Origin: an uncultured Alphaproteobacteria bacterium
GTDB lineage: Bacteria > Pseudomonadota > Alphaproteobacteria > HIMB59 > GCA-002718135
DNA: 64,000 nt
NCBI GenBank assembly: GCA_902612825.1
Contig: CACMET010000001.1
Coordinates: forward strand, 35,014-99,013
Direction of reading: 5' to 3'
Every line of letters starts with the position of its first letter. Position 1 is the stretch's first letter. Below the pieces are notes generated by a model. It did no database searches. It was given only the letters and a program-made list of their open reading frames with translations, and was not told the origin of the DNA. Below are positions 39,765 through 49,052 of this stretch, one piece after another. The position numbers and the translations under genes were made by a program.

Positions 39765-41597
39765 TTAAACGCTATGAAAATATTCATAAATTTTTGTTAG
39801 AATTGACTCAGGTATAGATTTAACCTCTTTTAATTCATCTAAACTAGCTAATTTTAATTTCTCCACTGTGCCAAAGTGTTTTTTTAAAATTTTCTTTCTT
39901 TCAGGACCCACCCCTTCTATTTCATCAAACACAGATCTGACACTCATCTTTGTTCTTTTTGATCGATGTGTTGTTATTGCAAATCTGTGCACTTCATCTC
40001 TAATATTTTGTAAAAAGTGCAGAAGTGGATTATTTTCATTTAATCTATGTGTAAATTTATCATGTATCAGAATTTCTCTACCTGCATCTCTTTCTTCGCC
40101 TTTTGCCATAGAGATAATTGGTATATCTATTTTTAGATTATCTAATACTTTTTTTGCAGAATTATATTGTCCTTTGCCTCCATCAATAAGCAATAAACTT
40201 GGCAAATCTAATTCGTCTTGAAATTTAGAATTACTAAATCTCCTAGTTAGCATTTCTTTCATCATATAATAATCATCAACTTTATTTTTGTTTTCTTCAA
40301 GATCAAATCGAATATTAAATTTTCTATAATTTGATTTTATAAATCCATTTTGATTATAGGCAACCATTACACCTATAGGATGTTTTCCAAATGTATGGCT
40401 GTTATCGTAAGCTTCTATTTTTATAATTTCATCTTTGAATTTAAATATTCTTTTAATTTCTGCATTAAAGTTATCAAAAGATTTAAGTTTATTTAATTTG
40501 ATTTCTAAATTTATTTTAGAATTTCTTTCTGCAAATTTAAGTAAATTTTTTTTAGGTCCTTTTAAAGGTTTAATAAATTTTGTTTTATCAAAATTTTTTC
40601 CTAAAATTTGTGAATTATTTTTTTTATCAATAGTTATGTTAGTAATAATTGTTTCAGGAATATCTTTTTCTGCATAAAATATATTTAAGAAACCTAACAT
40701 TATTTCTTCATGATCCAATAAGTTGTCATGATCTGGGTAGAAAGCTTTACCGCCATAAGAAGTATTATTTCTAAAAAAACTTCCATAAATACATGTTTTG
40801 CCTTCACTTGATGTTATTGCAAAAATATCAGCATTTTTAATATCTTTAATCTTAATTGAATTATTTTGCTCAATATGTTTTAAAGCTTTAAGTCTATCTC
40901 TTAAAGATGCTGCTAATTCAAAATTATTTTTTTTTGAAGCTTTATACATCTGATCTGTAAAATTTTTTTGTATTTTTTGAGAATTACCACTACTGAGAAA
41001 ATCATCTGCTGCCTCTATTAATTTTGAATAGGCTTCTTTGGTTATTTTGCCTCCACAAGGACCAGAACATCTTTTAAGATAATAATTGAAGCACAATTTA
41101 TTTCCTGCATTTACTTCTTTATCTGTGCATGACCTTAAAAGAAATATTCGTTGTATTGTATTGATCGTTCTATTTACTGCATCTGGACTTGCAAATGGCC
41201 CATAATATCTACCTTTTTTCTTTTGAGGACCGCGATGTTTTTCAATTCTAGGAAAATCATGTTCAGATGAAATAAATATATAAGGGAATGATTTGTCGTC
41301 CCTTAACAAAACATTAAATCTAGGTTTATGTTTTTTAATTAAATTACATTCAAGTATGATTGCTTCTAACTCTGTATTTGTTACAAAGAAGTTCATTGAT
41401 TTAGTAAGACTAACCATTCTTTGAATTCTTCTAGTTAGGTTATTTAAAGATAGATAATTCTTTACTCTATTGGATAATACTTTTGCTTTTCCAATATATA
41501 GAATGTTGCCATTTTCATCTCGCATTTGGTAAACACCTGGTTGATTTGGTAAAGTTTTAGATGTAGCCTTAATAATCTCTTGTCCAAGAAGCGTCAT
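39765..41597 (-). CDS. uvrC: Excinuclease ABC subunit C
   Basis: 610 aa. GIY-YIG (GVYQMRDENGNILYIGKA), UVR domain, C-terminal endonuclease plus HhH. Confidence 0.95.
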   Translation of the reverse strand: MTLLGQEIIKATSKTLPNQPGVYQMRDENGNILYIGKAKVLSNRVKNYLSLNNLTRRIQRMVSLTKSMNFFVTNTELEAIILECNLIKKHKPRFNVLLRDDKSFPYIFISSEHDFPRIEKHRGPQKKKGRYYGPFASPDAVNRTINTIQRIFLLRSCTDKEVNAGNKLCFNYYLKRCSGPCGGKITKEAYSKLIEAADDFLSSGNSQKIQKNFTDQMYKASKKNNFELAASLRDRLKALKHIEQNNSIKIKDIKNADIFAITSSEGKTCIYGSFFRNNTSYGGKAFYPDHDNLLDHEEIMLGFLNIFYAEKDIPETIITNITIDKKNNSQILGKNFDKTKFIKPLKGPKKNLLKFAERNSKINLEIKLNKLKSFDNFNAEIKRIFKFKDEIIKIEAYDNSHTFGKHPIGVMVAYNQNGFIKSNYRKFNIRFDLEENKNKVDDYYMMKEMLTRRFSNSKFQDELDLPSLLLIDGGKGQYNSAKKVLDNLKIDIPIISMAKGEERDAGREILIHDKFTHRLNENNPLLHFLQNIRDEVHRFAITTHRSKRTKMSVRSVFDEIEGVGPERKKILKKHFGTVEKLKLASLDELKEVKSIPESILTKIYEYFHSV

Positions 41598-41729
41598 TTT
41601 ATCAATCGTAAATAATTAATTTTTCTTTAAATAGGAATCTTATAAAATTAATAAATAACTAACAAGATTATTGTAGTTCATTTAATAATTAATTTAATGT
41701 AGGTAAGAATAATATATTAAGGATTTATA

Positions 41730-43499
41730 ATGGCAAAAATGACAACAGAAGAGGCTTTCGTAAAAGTTTTACAAAAACACGGTATTCAACACGCTTTTGG
41801 AATAATTGGTTCGGCATTTATGCCGATATCAGATCTTTTTCCTAAAGCTGGAATAACATTTTGGGATGTTGCTCATGAGTCAAACGGTGGAATTATGGCT
41901 GATGGCTATACAAGATCTACTGGTAAAATTGCAATGTGTATTGCGCAAAATGGACCTGGTATAACTGGCTTGGTTACACCTATAAAAACTGCTTTTTGGA
42001 ATCATACTCCAATGCTTTTAGTTACTCCTCAAGCAGCTAATAAAACTATTGGTCAAGGAGGTTTCCAAGAAGTCGAGCAAATGAACTTATTTAAAGATAT
42101 GGTGTGCTATCAAGAAGAAGTAAGAGATCCCTCCAGAGTTGCAGAGGTTTTAAATAGAGTAATTTCAAAAGCTATTAAAGGATCTGCTCCTGCTCAATTA
42201 AATATACCAAGAGATTTTTGGACCCAAGTTGTTGATATTGATCTGCCACCTATAATTAAATTTGAAAGACCTGCTGGTGGAACAGAAGCAATTAAAGAGG
42301 CTGCTGATCTTTTATCTAATGCAAAATTCCCAGTCATTTTGTCTGGTGCTGGAGTGATATTAGCTGACGCTATTGATGATTGCAAAAAACTTGCTGAAAA
42401 ATTAAGCGCTCCTGTTGCTTGCGGATACCAACACAATGATAGTTTTCCAGGCAAACATCCCCTTGCGGTTGGTCCTTTAGGATACAATGGATCTAAAGCA
42501 GCAATGGAAATAATATCTAAGGCAGATGTAGTTTTAGCACTTGGTACAAGATTAAATCCCTTCTCAACTTTACCAGGTTATGGGATAGATTATTGGCCAA
42601 AAAATGCGGCTGTTATTCAAGTTGATATCAATTCTGATCGCATTGGTTTAACAAAAAAAATAAGCGTTGGTATTTGTGGAGATGCAAAATTAGTTGCAGA
42701 ACAAATTTTAGAAAACCTTACAACAAATGCAGGTGATCAAAATAGAAAAGAACGAGAGGATTTAATTCATAAGACAAAGTCAGCTTGGCTTCAAACATTA
42801 ACTGGCCTTGATCATGAAGAAGATGATCCTGGTACATCTTGGAATAAAGATTCACGAGATAGAGAACCAGAAAAAATGTCACCAAGAATGGCATGGCGAG
42901 CTATTCAAGCAGGTCTTCCTGAAGATGCAATTATATCAAGTGATATAGGAAATAATTGTGCAATAGGTAATGCGTATCCAACATTTGAGAATGGTAGAAA
43001 GTATTTAGCACCTGGTTTATTTGGGCCATGTGGGTATGGTTTTCCTTCTGTAATTGGAGCAAAGATAGGTTGTCCTAATACACCAGTTGTTGGTTTTGCA
43101 GGTGACGGCGCATTTGGAATTAGTATGAGTGAAATGACTTCTTGCAATAGGGAAGGTTGGCCAAATATTACAATGATAATTTTTAGAAATTATCAATGGG
43201 GAGCGGAGAAAAGAAATACTACACTTTGGTATAATAATAATTTTGTTGGAACAGAACTTGATCCTAAATTAAGCTATGCAAAGATTGCAGAAGCATGTGG
43301 ATTTAAAGGTGTTAAAGTTTACACTCAAGAGGAACTAACAGAAGCTTTGCAACAATCTTGCAAGGATCAAATGGAAGGCATTACTACTTTTATAGAAGTT
43401 ATGTTAAATCAAGAACTAGGAGAACCTTTTAGACGAGATGCTATGAAGGCCCCAGTTGAAGTTGCTGGAATTGATCCAAAAGATACAGTAGTTCAATAA
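41730..43499 (+). CDS. xsc: Sulfoacetaldehyde acetyltransferase (ThDP-dependent)
   Basis: 589 aa. N-terminus MAKMTTEEAFVKVLQKHGIQHAFGIIGSAFMPISD and QGGFQEVEQM follow Xsc sequences as recalled. ThDP motif GDGAFG...N. Confidence 0.85.
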   Translation: MAKMTTEEAFVKVLQKHGIQHAFGIIGSAFMPISDLFPKAGITFWDVAHESNGGIMADGYTRSTGKIAMCIAQNGPGITGLVTPIKTAFWNHTPMLLVTPQAANKTIGQGGFQEVEQMNLFKDMVCYQEEVRDPSRVAEVLNRVISKAIKGSAPAQLNIPRDFWTQVVDIDLPPIIKFERPAGGTEAIKEAADLLSNAKFPVILSGAGVILADAIDDCKKLAEKLSAPVACGYQHNDSFPGKHPLAVGPLGYNGSKAAMEIISKADVVLALGTRLNPFSTLPGYGIDYWPKNAAVIQVDINSDRIGLTKKISVGICGDAKLVAEQILENLTTNAGDQNRKEREDLIHKTKSAWLQTLTGLDHEEDDPGTSWNKDSRDREPEKMSPRMAWRAIQAGLPEDAIISSDIGNNCAIGNAYPTFENGRKYLAPGLFGPCGYGFPSVIGAKIGCPNTPVVGFAGDGAFGISMSEMTSCNREGWPNITMIIFRNYQWGAEKRNTTLWYNNNFVGTELDPKLSYAKIAEACGFKGVKVYTQEELTEALQQSCKDQMEGITTFIEVMLNQELGEPFRRDAMKAPVEVAGIDPKDTVVQ

Positions 43500-45104
43500 T
43501 TATTTCTGATCTTTAATAATTAAGTCTGATGCTTTTTCAGCAATCATCATAGTAGGGGCATTCGTATTACCTGAAGTTATAGTTGGCATCACAGATGCAT
43601 CAACAACTCTTAAGTTGTTTATTCCTTTTACTTTAAGATTATCACTTACAACTGAGTTTTCATCATTACCCATTTTACAGGTACTTACTGGATGAAAAAT
43701 AGTGTTTGCAAATTTACCCACTTCTTTTGCTAGAGATTGATTATCTTTAAATTGTATTCCTGGTCTATATTCTTCTGGTTCATAATTTTTATATGCTTTT
43801 GATTCTAAAACTATTTTTCTTACAATTTTAATTGATTTTCCTGCAATTTCCCTATCTTCATCAGTAGATAAATAGTTCATTTTTATTTGAGGATAAATTC
43901 TTGTATCTGAAGATTTAATTTCTACAGAGCCTCTACTTGTAGGTTGTATATTTGTTATTGTAGGAGTGAATGCTGGAAATTTATGTAGGTCTGCTTTTCC
44001 TAATAAATCAGTGCTAGCTGGCGAGATATGAAATTGTAGATTAGGGTTTTCTAAATACGAATCACTTTTAATAAAACCGCACAAGTAACTTGCTCCAACT
44101 GTTAAAGGTCCTTTTTTATAAATTAAATAATTTAATCCTGTTAAAAATTTTTTACTCAAACTGTGATATATATCGTTTAATGTTTCTAAGTTTTTAATTT
44201 TGTAAACTGGTCTTAACATTAAATGATCGGTTAAATTTTTTCCAACACCTTTAATTTCTTTTACAATATTAATATTATTTTTATTTAATAATTTACCTGG
44301 ACCAATACCTGAAGCTTGTAATATGTGAGGAGATCCAATTGTTCCTGCAGACAATAAAACTTCTTTATTTACAGAATATGAAAATTCTTCATTATTTTTC
44401 CATAAATTTACAGTTTTTACTTTTAAATTTTCAATTGTTAATTTTTTAACATGTGCCTTGGTTATAATTTTTAAATTTTTTCTATTTTTTATAGGATTTA
44501 AGAAAGCAACTGCAGCACTACATCTATACCCTTTATCAATTGTCATTGGAAAATAACCCATTCCTTCATTGTCACCATCGTTAAAGTCTTCATTTTTTTT
44601 GTATCCAAATTCTTGAGAGGCCTCTAAAAATAAATCTAATAATTTAAAATTTGATCTAATTTTCTCTACTTTTATGGGTCCATTGGTACCATGAAATTCA
44701 CTTTTAGAAATTCTGTAATCTTCAGATTTTTTAAAGTACGGTAATACGTCTTCCCAAGACCATCCCATATTACCTAATTGTCTCCAGTAATTGTAGTCAT
44801 TTGCATGACCTCTTATATATAACATTCCATTAATTGATGAACTTCCACCCAATGTTTTTCCTCTTGGAATAAGCATTTTTCTATTATTACAAAATTTTTC
44901 CTCTTCAGTTGTGAAGCACCAATCAGTTTTAGGATTATGCATTGTTTTAAAATAACCACCCGGAATATGTATCCAAGGATTAGTGTCTTTTCCTCCAGCC
45001 TCAATCAAAAGTACTTTAATGTTTTCATTCTCTGAAAGTCTATTTGCTAATATGCAACCAGCTGTACCTGCACCAATAATAATATAGTCAAAACTTTGGT
45101 TCAT
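43500..45104 (-). CDS. GMC-family FAD oxidoreductase (choline dehydrogenase-like)
   Basis: 534 aa. FDYIIIGAGTAGCILANRLSE and active-site HPVSTCKMG. Confidence 0.88.
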   Translation of the reverse strand: MNQSFDYIIIGAGTAGCILANRLSENENIKVLLIEAGGKDTNPWIHIPGGYFKTMHNPKTDWCFTTEEEKFCNNRKMLIPRGKTLGGSSSINGMLYIRGHANDYNYWRQLGNMGWSWEDVLPYFKKSEDYRISKSEFHGTNGPIKVEKIRSNFKLLDLFLEASQEFGYKKNEDFNDGDNEGMGYFPMTIDKGYRCSAAVAFLNPIKNRKNLKIITKAHVKKLTIENLKVKTVNLWKNNEEFSYSVNKEVLLSAGTIGSPHILQASGIGPGKLLNKNNINIVKEIKGVGKNLTDHLMLRPVYKIKNLETLNDIYHSLSKKFLTGLNYLIYKKGPLTVGASYLCGFIKSDSYLENPNLQFHISPASTDLLGKADLHKFPAFTPTITNIQPTSRGSVEIKSSDTRIYPQIKMNYLSTDEDREIAGKSIKIVRKIVLESKAYKNYEPEEYRPGIQFKDNQSLAKEVGKFANTIFHPVSTCKMGNDENSVVSDNLKVKGINNLRVVDASVMPTITSGNTNAPTMMIAEKASDLIIKDQK

Positions 45105-45178
45105 AATTTAGAAAAATTTATTTATTATATACTATTTAATTTAAACATATAACTAACTTAAATAATTAAAAATTTTCA

Positions 45179-46090
45179 ATGGATATTTTATTTTCGATAA
45201 TTGGATTAGGGCTTCTAGTTTTAGGTGCTGAAATAATTATAAGAGGTTCAGTTAGTTTTGGAAGAAAGATTAATATCTCATTGTTTGCAATTGGGGTTGT
45301 AATTGTAGCTGGGGGAACATCATTACCTGAATTGGCAAGCAGCATTAATGCAGTTCTTAATGATTTTTCGGATCTTGCTTTAGGCGCCGTAGTTGGAAGT
45401 AATGTTGCAAACTTGATACTTGTAATGGCCACCACAACATTAATTTTTCCAATTGTAAATATAAATAAAAATCAAATTAACCAAGCTTGGATAAATATTA
45501 TTTTAGGAATTGTATTAATTATTATGACTTTTTTTTATTTTAATTTTATTTTTGGATTAGTTGCAACTACATCATTGATTTATCTAATGTATGTTCAAAT
45601 AAAAAAAGGAGAAATTGATAATTTAGAAATAGATAAAAACGATTATTCAATAACAATCTCATTAATATTAATTATAATAGGTATAGCGTGTTTAGTATTT
45701 GGTGCAGATTTACTTGTTGGTTCAGCAATTAATATTGCAAGAACTTATAATGTTCCAGCTTCAGTAATTGGATTATCATTAGTAGCTTTTGGAACTTCCC
45801 TTCCAGAACTTGCAGTTGGTATTGTTTCTGCCTTTAGAAAAAAGATCGATTTCGCTTTAGGAAATATTCTGGGGTCTAATATTTATAATGTATTAGGCGT
45901 TCTAGGTATTAGTTCATTTTTTGGTAATTTTAAAGTTCCTGCAGTTTTAGCAAATCAAGACTTATACTTCATGTTATCAATTACAGCATTAATTTTAATG
46001 TTTATGATTTTTGCAAAAAAAATTGGACGTATTTATGGAATTATTGGATTAACATTGTATTTTGGATATATGTATTTCATTTACATATAA
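45179..46090 (+). CDS. Ca2+/Na+ antiporter (CaCA family, YrbG-like)
   Basis: 303 aa, ~10 TM, two GTSLPEL alpha-repeat motifs. Confidence 0.85.
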   Translation: MDILFSIIGLGLLVLGAEIIIRGSVSFGRKINISLFAIGVVIVAGGTSLPELASSINAVLNDFSDLALGAVVGSNVANLILVMATTTLIFPIVNINKNQINQAWINIILGIVLIIMTFFYFNFIFGLVATTSLIYLMYVQIKKGEIDNLEIDKNDYSITISLILIIIGIACLVFGADLLVGSAINIARTYNVPASVIGLSLVAFGTSLPELAVGIVSAFRKKIDFALGNILGSNIYNVLGVLGISSFFGNFKVPAVLANQDLYFMLSITALILMFMIFAKKIGRIYGIIGLTLYFGYMYFIYI

Positions 46091-46124
46091 TTTTAATTAA
46101 TAAAAAAATTCTGTTAAACGAATC

Positions 46125-46916
46125 ATGAACTTAGAATTACATAAATCAAAAAATTTATTAAAAATATTAAATACTGCTATAGATGCAGGTAAGGAAATTC
46201 AAAAAGTATATAAAAAATCTTTTAATGTAGAAATAAAAGATGATAATTCACCTATTACCGAAGCTGACATAAAATCAAATAATTTAATTTTAAATAGATT
46301 AAAATCTTTTAGCCCAAATGTTCCTATATTAAGCGAAGAAAGTCTAATAGAATGGAAAGAAAGAAAAACTTGGAATTCATATTGGTTAATAGATCCATTA
46401 GATGGAACTAAAGAATTTATAAAAAAAAATGGAGAATTTACAGTTAACATTGCATTAATAAAAAATAATTCACCAATATTTGGTATTATATATGCGCCTG
46501 CTAAATCTTTGCTTTATTATGCTTTAAAAAACAATGGCGCATATAAATTAATTACAGAGTCAAATATTGAAACAACTAAAGATTTTATAAAAATAAATAC
46601 AGTAAAAGACAAAAGTAATTTAATAAAGGTTATTGGTAGTCGATCACATTCTAATAAAGATTTTGATAATTGGATAAATGATAATTGTAATAATTTTGAG
46701 TTAATCCAAATTGGTAGTTCTCTTAAATTTTGTTACTTAGCTGAAAGTAAGGCAAATATCTATCCAAGACTAGGTCCAACTTCAGAATGGGATATTGCTG
46801 CGGGACATATTATTCTTGAAGAGGCAGGAGGTTCGGTTAAAGATTTTAATAAAAATATATTACTATACAACACGAAAGAAAGTGTTATTAACCCTTATTT
46901 TATCGCTAAAATATAA
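46125..46916 (+). CDS. cysQ: 3'(2'),5'-bisphosphate nucleotidase
   Basis: 263 aa. LSEES, WLIDPLDGT and WDIAAG inositol-monophosphatase-fold motifs. Confidence 0.85.
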   Translation: MNLELHKSKNLLKILNTAIDAGKEIQKVYKKSFNVEIKDDNSPITEADIKSNNLILNRLKSFSPNVPILSEESLIEWKERKTWNSYWLIDPLDGTKEFIKKNGEFTVNIALIKNNSPIFGIIYAPAKSLLYYALKNNGAYKLITESNIETTKDFIKINTVKDKSNLIKVIGSRSHSNKDFDNWINDNCNNFELIQIGSSLKFCYLAESKANIYPRLGPTSEWDIAAGHIILEEAGGSVKDFNKNILLYNTKESVINPYFIAKI

Positions 46917-46927
46917 ATTATTATCAT

Positions 46928-47341
46928 ATGAAAATACTTATTTGTGGTCTTCCTGGTGCTGGCAAAACTTGGTTAGCTGAAAGGCTTATTAAAGTAATTG
47001 ATAATTGTGCTTGGTATAACGCAGATGTAGTTAGGAAGTCAGCAAACGATTGGGATTTTACGATGGAAGGTAGAATACGACAAGCCAATAGAATGAAAAC
47101 ATTTGCCGATTTCGAAAAACAAAATGGAAGATGGGTAATTTGTGACTTCGTAGCACCAACTGAAAAAGCAAGAGAAGCTTTTGAGCCTGATTTTGTTATC
47201 TGGCTGGATACTATTAAAGAAGGTAGGTTTGAAGATACAAATAAAATGTTTGAACAACCAAATAAAACTGACATTAAAATAACTAAATTTTTATCAGATG
47301 AAGAAATAGAAAATCTAGCAAAGGAGATTAAAAATGTTTGA
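46928..47341 (+). CDS. Short P-loop kinase, adenylyl-sulfate (APS) kinase-like
   Basis: 137 aa. Walker A GLPGAGKT. NADVVRKSANDWDFTMEGRIRQANRM...ICDFVAPTEKAREAF parallels the recalled APS-kinase pattern DGDxxR...DLGFS..DR.ENIRR...FISP...R. Confidence 0.55.
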   Translation: MKILICGLPGAGKTWLAERLIKVIDNCAWYNADVVRKSANDWDFTMEGRIRQANRMKTFADFEKQNGRWVICDFVAPTEKAREAFEPDFVIWLDTIKEGRFEDTNKMFEQPNKTDIKITKFLSDEEIENLAKEIKNV

Positions 47342-47729
47342 TTGGAAAAAACCAACAGTACAAATGTTAGGTAGATGGCAACCATGGCATGACGGACATA
47401 CAGAATTATTTAAAAGAGCACTTCAGAAAACAGGTCAGGTATGTATTATGTATCGTGACGTTGGAGGTGTAGATGCAGGAGTAGAAGGTCAAGCTGACAA
47501 TCCATTTCAATTTGAAGAAGTAAAAGCAAAAATTAATGAAGGTTTAGCTCAACATGGTTTTACTGATGGAAAAGAATATGTAGTTGTTAAGGTTCCAAAC
47601 ATTATTGATATTTCTTATGGAAGAGGAGTTGGTTATTCATTTACAGAACATGATTTAGGAAAAGAAATACATGATATCTCGGCAACAAAAATTAGAAATG
47701 AAATGAGAGTTAAAGGGGAATTAAAATAA
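47334..47729 (+). CDS. Small cytidylyltransferase-fold nucleotidyltransferase (TagD/NMNAT-like)
   Basis: 131 aa. GRWQPWHDGH (HxGH) motif and C-terminal ISATKIRNEM. 8-nt overlap (ATGTTTGA) with the kinase gene. Confidence 0.6.
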   Translation: MFDWKKPTVQMLGRWQPWHDGHTELFKRALQKTGQVCIMYRDVGGVDAGVEGQADNPFQFEEVKAKINEGLAQHGFTDGKEYVVVKVPNIIDISYGRGVGYSFTEHDLGKEIHDISATKIRNEMRVKGELK

Positions 47730-47730
47730 G

Positions 47731-49050
47731 CTAAATTTTTTCTCCTGCTGGTTTTCCATATCCAACATTTTTTTTCCCATATCGTCTTACTCTCACATTA
47801 CATTGTTCTGCATGACCTATAAAACCTTCTAAATGTGAAAGTCTAGATCCATATTCTCCAATGAGAGTTGCAGCTTCATCTGTCATAATCTTTTGATAAG
47901 TATGGGTTTTAATGAACTTACCAACCCACAAACCACCAGTATATCTTCCAGCTTTTTTAGTAGGAAGAGTATGGTTAGTACCTATCACTTTGTCACCGTT
48001 AGCAACATTAGTTCTAGCACCCAAAAATAGAGCTCCATAAGATGTCATATTTTCTAAAAACCAATCATCTTTTTTTGTCATAACTTGAACGTGTTCTGAA
48101 GCTATTTCATTTGCTTTAGATAACATCTCCTCATAAGTATCACATAAAATCATTTCTCCATAATCTCTCCAGCTTGTACTTGCTGTTTCTTTAGTAGGTA
48201 AAATTTCTAAAATTCTATCAATTTCTTTAAATGTTTCTTCTGCAAGTTTTCTTGAATTTGTTATCATCACAGCAGGAGAATTATATCCATGTTCAGCTTG
48301 TCCTAATAAGTCTGTTGCACATATTTCACCATCAACAGTTTCATCTGCAATTACCATTGTTTCAGTTGGACCGGCAAATAAATCGATACCAACTTTGCCA
48401 TACAATTGTCTTTTCGCTTCAGCAACAAATGCATTGCCAGGTCCAACAAGCATATCTACAGGTCTAATAGTTTCTGTACCAATAGCCATAGCACCAACTC
48501 CTTGCATTCCTCCCAAAACATAAATTTCGTGAGCACCACCCATTTTCATTGCTGTAACGACAGCTGGATTTGGCTTACCTTTAAAAGGCGGTGTAGTGGC
48601 AACAATTCTTGGAACCCCAGCAACAGAGGCAGTAACAACTGACATATGAGCAGAAGCTACCATTGGGAATTTTCCGGCAGGTACATAACATCCAACTGCT
48701 TGCACTGGTATATTTTTATGACCAAGTATCACACCTGGATGCGTTTCTACTTCTAATTCACTTAAAGTTTTAAGTTGTGCTTCCGCAAATGATCGCACTT
48801 GTTTTTGAGCAAATTTAATATCTTCTTTGTCATCATCAGAGACTTCACTCATTAATTGATTTATTTGCTCTTCACTTAATCTAAAACTATCTGGAGAATA
48901 GTTATCAAATTTTTGAGATAACTCTCTAATATGTTCATCTCCTTCTGATTCAATTTTACTTAATGTTTCCTCAACAATTTTTTTTACTTTATCATTATCT
49001 TCAATTCTTTGTTTTTCATCCAAACCTTTTTTTAAATATTCAATTGCCAT
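47731..49050 (-). CDS. Histidinol-dehydrogenase-family NAD-dependent dehydrogenase (HpsN-like candidate)
   Basis: 439 aa. GCYVPAG, GPGNAFVAEAK, GQAEHGYNSP, GTNHTLPT and GHAEQ regions retain HisD Zn/catalytic residues. No other his genes nearby. Confidence 0.85.
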   Translation of the reverse strand: MAIEYLKKGLDEKQRIEDNDKVKKIVEETLSKIESEGDEHIRELSQKFDNYSPDSFRLSEEQINQLMSEVSDDDKEDIKFAQKQVRSFAEAQLKTLSELEVETHPGVILGHKNIPVQAVGCYVPAGKFPMVASAHMSVVTASVAGVPRIVATTPPFKGKPNPAVVTAMKMGGAHEIYVLGGMQGVGAMAIGTETIRPVDMLVGPGNAFVAEAKRQLYGKVGIDLFAGPTETMVIADETVDGEICATDLLGQAEHGYNSPAVMITNSRKLAEETFKEIDRILEILPTKETASTSWRDYGEMILCDTYEEMLSKANEIASEHVQVMTKKDDWFLENMTSYGALFLGARTNVANGDKVIGTNHTLPTKKAGRYTGGLWVGKFIKTHTYQKIMTDEAATLIGEYGSRLSHLEGFIGHAEQCNVRVRRYGKKNVGYGKPAGEKI

Positions 49051-49052
49051 AA

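Noticed and set aside
41598-41729. Direct repeat ATAATTAATTT occurring twice in the 132-bp spacer upstream of xsc, as a possible regulator site.
   Set aside because: It is a pure A/T 11-mer in a very AT-rich spacer with no dyad symmetry. The chance expectation is too high to claim a site.
46924-47385. 153-aa minus-strand ORF spanning the cysQ end and the P-loop kinase gene.
   Set aside because: The plus strand encodes a clean Walker-A protein with an APS-kinase-like pattern, translationally coupled to the next gene. The antisense product has no recognisable motifs.
46928-47729. The kinase/nucleotidyltransferase pair as a phage-derived or horizontally acquired cassette, because it looks slightly GC-richer.
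   Set aside because: The composition difference is small and judged only by eye. No integrase, tRNA, direct repeats or phage genes flank it.
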